From the NCBI GenBank assembly GCA_049299895.1, contig JBAQYF010000006.1:29-64028 (forward strand): a stretch of DNA of 64,000 nt, read 5' to 3'. The translations under genes and the position numbers were made by a program. Below the pieces are notes generated by a model. It saw only the letters and a list, made by a program, of their open reading frames with translations. It was not told the DNA's origin and did no database searches. Below, in pieces: positions 26,367-35,636 of this stretch (position 1 is the stretch's first letter; each line of letters begins with the position of its first letter). This DNA comes from Candidatus Altiarchaeia archaeon (GTDB lineage: Archaea; Altiarchaeota; Altiarchaeia; IMC4; QMZM01).

Positions 26367-26882
26367 TCAGGGATTATAAGTCCTCAGACCGCTTCCTGCT
26401 TTTCCCGCGGATATATTGTCCATGTCTTCTATCATGTGCTTGAGTATCTTTTCGAATTCCACCATCTGAGAGTAGTGGTCCCTGACTATCTCGTATTTCC
26501 TGCGGGCCCGCTCGTCCCCGGATCTGTTCTTGTATTTTTTTAGTATGGGGGGCAATAGTTCCATCGCGGTCTTTACGCCGTTCTCATAGGCCATTGCCAG
26601 TTTCTGCTTGTTGAGTTTGAGTATGTCCTTGTCCATGTAGAAATATGCTTTCCGGGTCTTGGGTTTTTTTACCCTTCTTACAAAACCGTGCGTTTCCAGC
26701 ATCTTCATCATGTTGGAAATAGATGCGAGACTATAGCCTGTCCTCTTGGCCAGATCGTCCATGGCGACCGCATCAGGCTCGATAAACAGTATGGCGATGA
26801 CCGTACCGGGCATGTCCCCGTGGCCGAAAGACCTGCCCGAGGCATTGAAATAGTCTATGAAGTCCTTGTCTATACTATCCAT
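26367..26882 (-). CDS. GbsR/MarR-like winged-helix transcriptional regulator
   Basis: ..GDMPGTVIAILFIEPDAVAMDDLAKRTGYSLASISNMMKMLETHGFVRRVKKPKTRKAYFYM.. It is the first gene of the co-oriented ABC cluster. Confidence 0.65.
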   Translation of the reverse strand: MDSIDKDFIDYFNASGRSFGHGDMPGTVIAILFIEPDAVAMDDLAKRTGYSLASISNMMKMLETHGFVRRVKKPKTRKAYFYMDKDILKLNKQKLAMAYENGVKTAMELLPPILKKYKNRSGDERARRKYEIVRDHYSQMVEFEKILKHMIEDMDNISAGKAGSGLRTYNP

Positions 26883-26967
26883 TATTTTACGTCTTTTAAT
26901 ATTTTATAAAAGTTATGAATTATATTATTTGCAGATTATATATATAAAAAGCAGAAGAGGGAAAACG

Positions 26968-27942
26968 TCATTGTATCCCATAGGATATCTCAAGCATGCG
27001 GATGTTGAGTACGACTATCACGAACAGCACGTAGAGCATTATGAGGGCTACTCCTTCCTGCCAGAGTATGTGTTTTTCCACTTCCACGAAGGTCGTGAAC
27101 AGGAATGCGACGACCACCATGAAAAATGCGCTGACGAGAAACAGGAACATGTTCGGCTGAATGGGGGTATTGCTCACTAGAGCAACCGTCCCAAGGACCA
27201 GCGTATTATTCGCTACAACGCTTCCTATGATGTCCCCGAACGCCATGTACTTGTGCTTCATCAGTATCGCGCCGGAACCGAATATCAGCTCGGGCAACGT
27301 AGTTCCTATCGAGATCAGGAACAGGCCTACGAGTATCGAAGGGGACAACAGATCGGATGCGAGAGCCGTCGAATATTTTACCAGGAACTGTGCGCTTGCA
27401 AGCAGGAGAAAAACGGACGCGATCGCAATAAAAGAGTTCTGCAGGAAGTCTGCGTGGGATATCTTTTCCCCTGTTTCCTCTTTAAAGCGGCTCCTCTGGA
27501 CGAATATCCTCGTTATATAGAGAAAAAACGCAGATATCAGGAGGAAACCGTCGAAGCGGTCCAGGCTGCTTCCCATCAGCATAAGCACGAGGGGCATTAT
27601 CGTTATGACGAACATGTACAGGGTATCGGTCTGCACGGCTTTTGTTTCCATCCGGATGCCTTTTCGCAGGAGAGCCATCACGCCCACGACCAGGGTAAGG
27701 TCTATTATGTTGCTTCCAAGGACATTGCCAAGCGAAAGCTCGGGATTCCCCTCCACGGCAGACGTAACGCCTATGAAGAGCTCCGGGATAGAGGTAGCGA
27801 TGGCAACTATCATAAAACCCACTATGAAATCCGTCATCCCGAAGTAAAATGCGACCTTCGTTAAGGACTTCACCAAAAGCTCCGCCGTAACTATCAAAAC
27901 AAGGCAGGAAGCCATGAAGAAAAACAACGCAGTCATTAACAT
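26968..27942 (-). CDS. Ca2+/cation antiporter (CaCA, YrbG-like)
   Basis: Two alpha-repeat motifs are present, GNVLGSNIIDLTLVVG and GDIIGSVVANNTLVLG, with about 10 TM spans. The start is placed at ATG 27942. Confidence 0.85.
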   Translation of the reverse strand: MLMTALFFFMASCLVLIVTAELLVKSLTKVAFYFGMTDFIVGFMIVAIATSIPELFIGVTSAVEGNPELSLGNVLGSNIIDLTLVVGVMALLRKGIRMETKAVQTDTLYMFVITIMPLVLMLMGSSLDRFDGFLLISAFFLYITRIFVQRSRFKEETGEKISHADFLQNSFIAIASVFLLLASAQFLVKYSTALASDLLSPSILVGLFLISIGTTLPELIFGSGAILMKHKYMAFGDIIGSVVANNTLVLGTVALVSNTPIQPNMFLFLVSAFFMVVVAFLFTTFVEVEKHILWQEGVALIMLYVLFVIVVLNIRMLEISYGIQ

Positions 27943-28052
27943 TTTCTTAACAGATATACTTTTACCCGGACCAATATAAAAACTGCACTTAATGCGCACT
28001 TATTAACCTCTTTGACAATAAACAATATGGAACAACATACAGAGGTCCGCGC

Positions 28053-29708
28053 GTGCTAAAAAAAATACCCAGGAAGATTAGGAATCTGCAGAGAAGCAGG
28101 GAGATAGGGAACGTCCTCATAAAGCAGGGATTCGGAGCAATCATCCAGAGGATAGAACTGCGGCTACCCCTGACGAAAAAACCGGGAAAGGGCGTCGAGA
28201 ACATACCTGCTCCCGTGAGGGCGAGGCTCGTCCTAGAGGAATTGGGTCCGACGTTCATCAAATTCGGGCAGATACTCTCGATGCGCCCGGAACTAATACC
28301 CGCCGAATACATAGAAGAGCTGAAAAAATTGCAGGACAACGTACCCTCATTTTCCTACGAGGAAGCCGCAGAGATGATAAAAAAAGAGCTCGGCTCCCCG
28401 GTCAACGAGATATTCGAATCATTCGACAAAGAACCCATCGCGGCGGCGTCCATTTCCCAGGTGCACAAGGCGATCCTCAACGGCGAAGACGTCGTAGTAA
28501 AGGTCCAGAGGCCCAGGATAGAATCGGACATAGAGGCGGACCTCGACATACTCTTTGAACTTGCAAGGCTTATCTCAAAGCACATACCCGAAAGCAACCT
28601 CTACGACCCGGTAGGAATAGTGAGCGAATTCTCCAAGAGCATCAGAAAGGAATTAGACTTCATGGTGGAGGCAAGGAACGCGGACAAATTCAAGAGGAAC
28701 TTTACGGGATACGCGGGCGTCTACGTTCCCCCCATCTACTGGGAGGCGAGCGGGAAAAGAGTCCTTACCATGGAGATGATACGCGGAGAGAAAGTAGAGA
28801 CCAGCATAAAGGACCTGGACGCAGAGGAACGCAAAACCCTCGCGGACATTATCGCAAAATCGTACATGAAGCAGATATTCGAGGACGGCTTCTTCCACGG
28901 GGACCCCCACCCGGGAAACATCGTCATAGTGGACCGGGAGGTCATCGCCTACATGGACTTCGGCATAATGGGGAGGGTCGACGAATACATGAAAGACCGG
29001 CTCTCAAGCCTGTTCATCGCGATAATACAGAAGAACCGGGAGCGCATAGTAGACGAACTCCTGGACATCGGGATCACCGGAGACGAAACGTCCATACCGG
29101 AATTCAGAAACGACATAGGGGAGATAATAGACGAATACTACGGCACGGAACTAAAGCAGGTGGACATCCCCACGATGATGAACGACGTGCTTAAAACCGC
29201 AATAAAACACAGGATAAAGATCCCCGCGAACTTCACGCTCCTCATAAAGACGCTCGCCAACATGGAAGGCCTCTGCCAGAGCCTCTCCGCTGAATTCAAC
29301 TTCACGGAGACTGCTAAGCCCTTCGTGGAATCGATGGTCGCAGAAAGGGTCTCACCGAAAAGGGTGTTCTCCAAGTTCGTTGAGAACCTCTCGGAGATAA
29401 ACGAATCGGTAACGGTCCTCCCCAGGAAAGTGAACCAGGTATTAAACAAACTACAGCAGGGGAAACTGGTAATAGACCTCGAGCACAAGGGCTTGAGCAA
29501 GATGATAGGAGAACTTGACACCATGACAAACAGGATAGCGACAAGCCTCATCGTATCCGCGCTGATAATCGGCTCATCCGTGATAATGCTCGCTGGAAAA
29601 GGGCCTCTCCTCTTCGATTTCCCGGTGGTCGGGATAGTCGGCTACATGACCGCGGGATTCATCGGGTTCTTCCTGGTGTTATCGGTCCTCAGGAGCGGAA
29701 AATACTAG
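28053..29708 (+). CDS. ABC1/UbiB-family atypical kinase
   Basis: ..LGPTFIKFGQILSMRPELIP..., AAASISQVHKA, FFHGDPHPGNI, and two C-terminal TM spans. GTG start. Confidence 0.9.
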   Translation: MLKKIPRKIRNLQRSREIGNVLIKQGFGAIIQRIELRLPLTKKPGKGVENIPAPVRARLVLEELGPTFIKFGQILSMRPELIPAEYIEELKKLQDNVPSFSYEEAAEMIKKELGSPVNEIFESFDKEPIAAASISQVHKAILNGEDVVVKVQRPRIESDIEADLDILFELARLISKHIPESNLYDPVGIVSEFSKSIRKELDFMVEARNADKFKRNFTGYAGVYVPPIYWEASGKRVLTMEMIRGEKVETSIKDLDAEERKTLADIIAKSYMKQIFEDGFFHGDPHPGNIVIVDREVIAYMDFGIMGRVDEYMKDRLSSLFIAIIQKNRERIVDELLDIGITGDETSIPEFRNDIGEIIDEYYGTELKQVDIPTMMNDVLKTAIKHRIKIPANFTLLIKTLANMEGLCQSLSAEFNFTETAKPFVESMVAERVSPKRVFSKFVENLSEINESVTVLPRKVNQVLNKLQQGKLVIDLEHKGLSKMIGELDTMTNRIATSLIVSALIIGSSVIMLAGKGPLLFDFPVVGIVGYMTAGFIGFFLVLSVLRSGKY

Positions 29709-29761
29709 CCAGAAAAGGATTTATTATACAATAGTAAATAGATTACCAACAGATTACTTCA

Positions 29762-30070
29762 ATGCGACAAAAAATGGACGAATACACGCGCAAACTCGCG
29801 CTACTGGGGATCGGAATAGCGGCCCTCACGCGCGAAAAGGCAGAGGAGATAGTAAATGAATTCATTGAAACAGGAGACATCTCAGAAGACGAGGGAAAGA
29901 AGATGGTAAAAGACCTGATGAACAGCAGCACAAAGCATAAAGGCGCCCTCGAGAAAAAGATCGAAGACGAAGTAAAGAAAGCCGCTGCGAAACTGAACCT
30001 GGCGTCAAAAGAAGACATAAAACGCCTGGAGAAGAAGATCGCCGCGCTCGAAAAAGGGAGGAAAAAGTAG
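29762..30070 (+). CDS. Phasin-like / COG3937-type small coiled-coil protein
   Basis: 102 aa. LALLGIGIAALTREKAEEIVNEFIETGDIS..EGKKMVKDL... is typical of the small proteins that follow UbiB-type genes. Confidence 0.6.
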   Translation: MRQKMDEYTRKLALLGIGIAALTREKAEEIVNEFIETGDISEDEGKKMVKDLMNSSTKHKGALEKKIEDEVKKAAAKLNLASKEDIKRLEKKIAALEKGRKK

Positions 30071-30186
30071 GCCGGATACCCTTTCTTTTTATATTCTACA
30101 GAGTATTTTTTTCCGATCGCTTGTTTCTTTCGGATCCCTAAAACATCCGGCAACGCATTTGCAGGATGATCTGAACGGGGAGATGC

Positions 30187-30430
30187 ATGATGAACATCAA
30201 AAAAAAGATTTGCCTTGTTCACGGCAGGCATGGCACTTGCAATGATATTATCGTTCCACCTGCTGCTGAACATATTCATACTGTCGAACTTGCAGGAACA
30301 GGAAACAAAATACGTTAAATACTCGGTCGAACGGCTGGATTCCGCATTCTCGACACGCCTGGACTATCTTTCCAGCGTCGTCAGCGACTGGGCGGTATGG
30401 GACCCATCATACGAGTTTATCCGCGGCAAC
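30187..30430 (+). pseudogene. CHASE4-type sensor, N-terminal fragment
   Basis: ..FALFTAGMALAMILSFHLLLNIFILS (TM) ..VERLDSAFSTRLDYLSSVVSDWAVWDPSYEFI is the start of a CHASE4 sensor domain. The ATG ATG at 30187 is in a different frame, separated by an A8 tract (30199..30206). The reading then runs into the convergent gene and loses sense. Confidence 0.55.
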
Positions 30431-31900
30431 GACATAATGCCCCCCGTTCAAATGAACCGTATTAATGCCGAGAACGTTCGAGCCCCCATGCATATACGAC
30501 CCTGGAAAACTGAAATTATAAGGACCTGCTGGGATCATGTTCTCCAAACTGCCTATTTGCTGGCCGTTCATGCCAAAAAAGACGCTATGAGGTTGTACAC
30601 CACTGTAAGGAGTGAAAGAAGTGAATAATTCACCATCATACACATCAAGCGTATCGTAAAACCAGGGAAGACCAAAACGAACACCAATATTCGGCTTATT
30701 AGTACAATACCAATCACTTATATCAACGCACAACTCACCATCATCGATAAGAACAGGAAAAACACCACTTCCTTCAGGAACAGAACCCGCATACTCTGCT
30801 GAAATAACGGTCTCAGGATCCTTAGCATATATCAATCCAGAGATGTTCGTGAAATTCGCATATAATGTAGGAATAACCTCAAAACGAGTAGATACACCAC
30901 TATCCAGCTTACCGTGATTGATGACCGGATTGAATGTGACGTTCGATTTGATGGAATCATCCGCGTAGACCATCAAATCGGTCAAGGTGTCGCCGTAGTT
31001 GCGGATCTCATACGTCTTAGCCAGCGTATGATTATCTACTGCAACCTCCGTGACAGTGAAATTGATATTGGGAATACGCACCGAGACGTGCACGACAGCA
31101 TTGTCGGAAATGTTATCCGCATCCAAATTCTTCAAAGAAACGGGAATGTCATACTCGCCCAAAACAGCATCCTGCGCATGAACCATGAAATCAACGCCAA
31201 CAGTCTCTCCGGGCGGGACGGTAACGTTCTGATCAACAGAGCCGTTACCCGTGAATCCGACGATAAGGTCGGAATACGAGTTATTGACCTCTAATAGTAG
31301 TTCATGCACCTTTGTATCCGTATTTCGGACATTTATCGTCGTATGCTGGTTGTAATCCCGTTCAACCGTGTACGAATACGTCTTCTGCGTGAATACGACC
31401 CCGTTGTCGACGTAAAGTGATCGATTCTCGCTTACTGCGCAGCCGCAGGCGGAGCAGCTTTTGACATACCATCCATAGCCGGTATTCCGTGTAAGGTTTG
31501 TCTGGATTGCATGTAGTAAACCGTCCAGGGATTCGAATACTTCGTAATCCGTCGCGTTGTCCGATCTAAGATACAGCTTCCCGGTAGCGTTTGAGCTTGT
31601 CCTGTAGCTGATCAGTGCTTCGGTGGAACTAATGATCGACGAATCTTTCGGTGACAGGTCGCGTATATCCGGCGCAGGGCCGATTTCCAGGCTTGCCTGC
31701 GCACTGCCTTCCAGACTTGAGACGTTTAACGCGTACGTTCCCGCAGCGCCGCAGTCTTGTGGTACGTTTACGTTGAGCTGGATGTTTTCCGATTCGTGCG
31801 GGTTTAGTATCCCTGCGCTCTTTTCGATGTCGTACCATCCTACTGCAAGGCCCGTAACGCTTAGATTGTATGCCCTTGCAGCGCCGTTGGGATTGTTCAA
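30407..31900 (-). CDS. CARDB/NEW3-like multi-domain surface protein segment (probably the continuation of 31927..34224)
   Basis: 497-aa ORF with a TTG start and no signal peptide. The frame stays open upstream of the start without a start codon, and the first beta-sandwich domain (..TSVGGSSEYTISLNNPNGAARAYNLSVTGL..) begins before the annotated start. Confidence 0.7.
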   Translation of the reverse strand: MNNPNGAARAYNLSVTGLAVGWYDIEKSAGILNPHESENIQLNVNVPQDCGAAGTYALNVSSLEGSAQASLEIGPAPDIRDLSPKDSSIISSTEALISYRTSSNATGKLYLRSDNATDYEVFESLDGLLHAIQTNLTRNTGYGWYVKSCSACGCAVSENRSLYVDNGVVFTQKTYSYTVERDYNQHTTINVRNTDTKVHELLLEVNNSYSDLIVGFTGNGSVDQNVTVPPGETVGVDFMVHAQDAVLGEYDIPVSLKNLDADNISDNAVVHVSVRIPNINFTVTEVAVDNHTLAKTYEIRNYGDTLTDLMVYADDSIKSNVTFNPVINHGKLDSGVSTRFEVIPTLYANFTNISGLIYAKDPETVISAEYAGSVPEGSGVFPVLIDDGELCVDISDWYCTNKPNIGVRFGLPWFYDTLDVYDGELFTSFTPYSGVQPHSVFFGMNGQQIGSLENMIPAGPYNFSFPGSYMHGGSNVLGINTVHLNGGHYVVAADKLV

Positions 31901-31926
31901 GCTTATCGTATACTCGCTACTGCCGC

Positions 31927-34224
31927 CTACAGAGGTCTTGCCTTCCCCGGATATGTGATTTGTAGAAGGATAGGAGTAGTTGTAGTGGTCGTTGTAGTCG
32001 TCGTAGTGGGCACATATCCTGATCTTACCTCGATCGTCCTCGCCTTTCCGTTATCTGTCTCCCCGTCATTTCCTGCATGGTCTACTGCGCGGCCGTAGTA
32101 TGCATATGTGCCGTTTGAAAGATTTTCCATGAGGGCGTAGAACCCCCATTTGACCGGATAGCCGTCAGATGCGTATTTCTGGAACTCCGAGACATATTGC
32201 AGTCTGATCTCTTCTGCACTTAGCGCCCTAGTATACATCTTTACTTCGTCTATGTCTCCTATGAAATAATTCCCTGCGTCGCTCCCGCCTATCACCAGAT
32301 TTGCTCCCGAGTCAGTGTTCCAAGGCCCCTGATATGAGGTTGACACAAGTTCCCGGTCGACCCACAACGAGATGAGAGTGCTATTTCTAACTAGTACTAT
32401 CTGATGCCACTTACCGTCAGTTATGCGTTTTTCATCATATAACGAATGCCTGCTTAACTCCCATTCGCTTATGCCCGGACCATAATCTGTAAACACTCCA
32501 TATGCCTGCCCATCACTTAACGCAATACCATACCACTGATAGGGATAACCGGAATTACGCTTTGACATAATCTCCCTAAAGCCCTCGCTATTATCCGTCC
32601 TGATCCACGCACTGATTGTTGCAGGACGAGCACCTAATAACAGACTTGGGGATGACTGGGCAGATACGTAGGATGAGCCGTCAAAGCGCATGCATCCCCC
32701 GAATCTGCATTCAGGTATCCATGATCCGGAGTGTATTTGCCCGTCGTTTCCGTAGCTGGAAATATCCACTGCTTTTGTTTCACTTTCTCCTATTCTTTGT
32801 TCGTTATTGAGGTTTAAGCCCAGCACAAGGGAGCGATTGTAGAATGTGCATTGTTCGCCATTCCAGTTAAATGTAAAACTGCCCAGGTCGCTCTCATTCA
32901 TGGTTATGTTGGCCTCTGCATAGCTGTACTGGGTGATTGACCCGTTCGCAAGTGTCGGCGCAGTGTAGGCGATTGCAACGGTCTTATTGACCTGTAACGT
33001 ACGGGCGGAGTCATTATCCGTCCGATCGGCGTTTCCTGCAAGATCATGCGCCCTGCCATAATAAGTGTGTAAGCCATTTAGAACGTCCTTTACCTTCAGG
33101 GAAAAACGCCATTCGATAGAATCCTGAAGTGAGTATTTACAGAATTCAGACAGGTACTGTAAGCTGATCTCTTCGTCAGTTAACGCCCTTGTGTATATCT
33201 TTACTTCGTCTATGTCTCCTATAAAATAATTCCCTGTGTCGCTCCCGCCTATCACCAGATTTGCTCCCGAGTCAGTGTTCCAAGGCCCCTGATATGAGGT
33301 TGACACAAGTTCCCGGTCGACCCACAACGAGATGAGAGTGTTATCTCTGGTTAGTACTATCTGATGCCATCTACCATCGGTTATGCGTTTTTCATCGTAA
33401 AGCGAATGCCTGTTTAACTCCCATTCGCTTATGCCCGGACCATAATCTGTAAACACTCCATATGCCTGCCCATCACTTAACGCAATACCATACCACTGAT
33501 AGGGATAACCAGAATTACGCTTTGACACGATTTCCCGGAAACCTGCGCTGGAGTTGGTCCTGATCCATGCAGTTATGGTAGCGGGTCTTGCTCCTAACTG
33601 GAGACTTTCTGAACTGGGTATCCTCACGTAGCTGTTTCCATCAAACCGCAGGCAGCCATTAAATTTTCCCTGCTCGGTCCATTCGGCCCCATAGATTGTT
33701 CCGTTGTTGCCGTATTTCGACACGTCGATTGTATGGTTTGCATCCTCGTCAATGGATGGATTGTTGTTGTAGTTTTGAGATAGTGCAAGAGAGCGATCGT
33801 AGAAAAAGTAATCCACGCCATTCCAGTTTAGCTTGTAGGAGTCGAGATCTTCTGCTTGTATTGACGCGTTTATTTCTATCCAGCTCTCAGTAGTCGTTGT
33901 GTTGTCTTCGGGCGTCGGATCAATAAAGGAGATGGCCGGCCCTTCGTACGAAAAGGTAAAAAATTCATCATAATCTTCCGGATCATTTGCCGGAACTATC
34001 ATGTTTGTAATTTCTGATTCTACCGTCTCATTAATCCCCCCGGGAATGTTCCCTGCTACGATCGGCTCAATTATATTCATGCGGTAGAATGAGCTTAACG
34101 TGCTGAAGAGGTCGGTATTTTGCGCCGTTACCAAAGTCGCATATAGTAATATGATGATTATTATCCCCAATACACCTAAACGTTTACCGGCCACCTTACG
34201 CATTTTACCTGTTGCACTACTCAT
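31927..34224 (-). CDS. Surface protein with two LamG (Laminin_G_3-like) modules and a poly-Thr linker
   Basis: N-terminal anchor/signal LGVLGIIIIILLYATLVTA. There are two ~320-aa repeats, each with LRFDG.SYV....SL.LGARPATI.AWIRT....NLVIGGSD.GNYFIGDIDEVK.YTRAL. It ends with TTTTTTTTTTTP and 14 more codons. Confidence 0.85.
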   Translation of the reverse strand: MSSATGKMRKVAGKRLGVLGIIIIILLYATLVTAQNTDLFSTLSSFYRMNIIEPIVAGNIPGGINETVESEITNMIVPANDPEDYDEFFTFSYEGPAISFIDPTPEDNTTTTESWIEINASIQAEDLDSYKLNWNGVDYFFYDRSLALSQNYNNNPSIDEDANHTIDVSKYGNNGTIYGAEWTEQGKFNGCLRFDGNSYVRIPSSESLQLGARPATITAWIRTNSSAGFREIVSKRNSGYPYQWYGIALSDGQAYGVFTDYGPGISEWELNRHSLYDEKRITDGRWHQIVLTRDNTLISLWVDRELVSTSYQGPWNTDSGANLVIGGSDTGNYFIGDIDEVKIYTRALTDEEISLQYLSEFCKYSLQDSIEWRFSLKVKDVLNGLHTYYGRAHDLAGNADRTDNDSARTLQVNKTVAIAYTAPTLANGSITQYSYAEANITMNESDLGSFTFNWNGEQCTFYNRSLVLGLNLNNEQRIGESETKAVDISSYGNDGQIHSGSWIPECRFGGCMRFDGSSYVSAQSSPSLLLGARPATISAWIRTDNSEGFREIMSKRNSGYPYQWYGIALSDGQAYGVFTDYGPGISEWELSRHSLYDEKRITDGKWHQIVLVRNSTLISLWVDRELVSTSYQGPWNTDSGANLVIGGSDAGNYFIGDIDEVKMYTRALSAEEIRLQYVSEFQKYASDGYPVKWGFYALMENLSNGTYAYYGRAVDHAGNDGETDNGKARTIEVRSGYVPTTTTTTTTTTTPILLQITYPGKARPL

Positions 34225-34279
34225 TTTTTTGCGCCGTTTCCATAGTATTTTACTTCGAGCATATAAATCATCCCGGGAT

Positions 34280-34444
34280 GGAGTGCATCGCTTAAAGTGG
34301 ACAGGTAGTTAAGCTTTTGTTTGAAAAATATTTTTAAGGGGCGTACTCAAAGATCAGCTACCTGCCGCCCAATGAGTACGAAAAACGCGCAAATTTAAGT
34401 GCGAAAGTAGCTTAACTTAACGGACACACAAAGGAGTTCACTCC
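34280..34444 (+). repeat. Short repeated element, copy B (longer; inverted partner at 2..96)
   Basis: 34280..34345 matches rc(31..96). It carries an extra ~85 nt with two more copies of the GACAGGTAGTTAAG-like core (34346..34369 inverted, 34393..34416 direct). It ends GGAGTTCACTCC. Confidence 0.6.
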
Positions 34445-34550
34445 AATATGGGGTCTACCGACCCCATGAACGCATCTACCAACCAAACCAAACACACTTT
34501 CTTATTTTTTCCCCGCTCTCTCCATATCATCTTAGAGTATCTATGAGAAT

Positions 34551-35582
34551 ATGGATCCAATGCGTCATTATTCCATCTGGCTGGAGAAGTACGGCAAAAG
34601 CCGGGACATTATCCTTGGTAACCTGCAGGGCTACAAGAGGGATATAGACTCGGTCAGATCCAATATAGGCGACAAGAACCTTATTTCCCCAATTAAAGGA
34701 GATGCGCCGGAGATAAAGGCCAGGATGTGCTTTGTCGACGGCGGCGAGGGCATGAAGGAGTTATTGGGGGCATCTATCTATTTTATCAGGGCGTCCGCTC
34801 TTGTCCTGGACAAGACGGGCGACACCGTGGGGGAAAAATTCGTGCGGGACCTCGACATGGGGATCCTGGAATACGATGATTATACGAAGGAGAGGATCGA
34901 GTTCCTGCGTTCCATGCTGGAGTACGACGTCGCGGAGAGGTGTATCGAGGAGCATTCCCCGGAGTATGTTTTCATGGACGGCTCCTTGTATGTTAATTTT
35001 AAAAAGAGGCCCGTCGACTGCGATGAGTACATTCTCTGCCGGAAGAAGTTCACCCGGCTCCTGAAATTGGCCAAGAGCAAAGGCGTGCACATCTGCGGGG
35101 TATCGGAGGATTCCCGTTCCAGGTTGTTCATCCAGTTCCTTGCGAGCAAATACAATATGAAGTTCCCGCATTTCATGACGGATTCCTCGCTTTTGCGCAT
35201 GATCTCCCGGAACACGAAATACAGGACTATCGAGTTTACGCCTAATTCGAAATTCGAGTCCAACGGGGATGCTAATAGCACGTTGTCGGTCTCTTTTCCA
35301 ACTGTTTACCTGCAGCCGACCGAGGTTTCCAATCCGCTGAGAATAGACGTCCCTTCCTGGGAGAAGGATTTTGACAAAATAATAAGCCTCATAATGCAGC
35401 TATCAAAGGGGAGCAAACAGTACGGCTACCCGATGCCCCTTTATCTTGCCCACCTGGACGCGCGCATAGAGCAGAAGCATGCGGACTGGAGCACGACGCA
35501 GTTGATACATTATCTGTCCAAGAACGATCCGGAGCTCTACGAGACCATCCTCCGGGAAAGAAGGCATGCATACAGGCCTTAG
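34551..35582 (+). CDS. nurA: NurA-domain 5'-3' nuclease
   Basis: Motifs ..CFVDGGEG.., ..VFMDGSLY.., ..ICGVSEDSRSR.., ..GYPMPLYLAHLDARI.. occur in NurA order. No HerA gene is adjacent. Confidence 0.75.
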   Translation: MDPMRHYSIWLEKYGKSRDIILGNLQGYKRDIDSVRSNIGDKNLISPIKGDAPEIKARMCFVDGGEGMKELLGASIYFIRASALVLDKTGDTVGEKFVRDLDMGILEYDDYTKERIEFLRSMLEYDVAERCIEEHSPEYVFMDGSLYVNFKKRPVDCDEYILCRKKFTRLLKLAKSKGVHICGVSEDSRSRLFIQFLASKYNMKFPHFMTDSSLLRMISRNTKYRTIEFTPNSKFESNGDANSTLSVSFPTVYLQPTEVSNPLRIDVPSWEKDFDKIISLIMQLSKGSKQYGYPMPLYLAHLDARIEQKHADWSTTQLIHYLSKNDPELYETILRERRHAYRP

Positions 35583-35636
35583 CCTCATTTGGATAAACGT
35601 ATTTATAGGAGGCCACTTATTATGTAAACAGGAGAA

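Noticed and set aside
29743-30279. 178-aa minus-strand ORF overlapping the phasin-like gene
   Set aside because: It is antisense to a plausible coiled-coil gene that follows UbiB in the usual arrangement. Its translation is Ser/Phe-rich low complexity.
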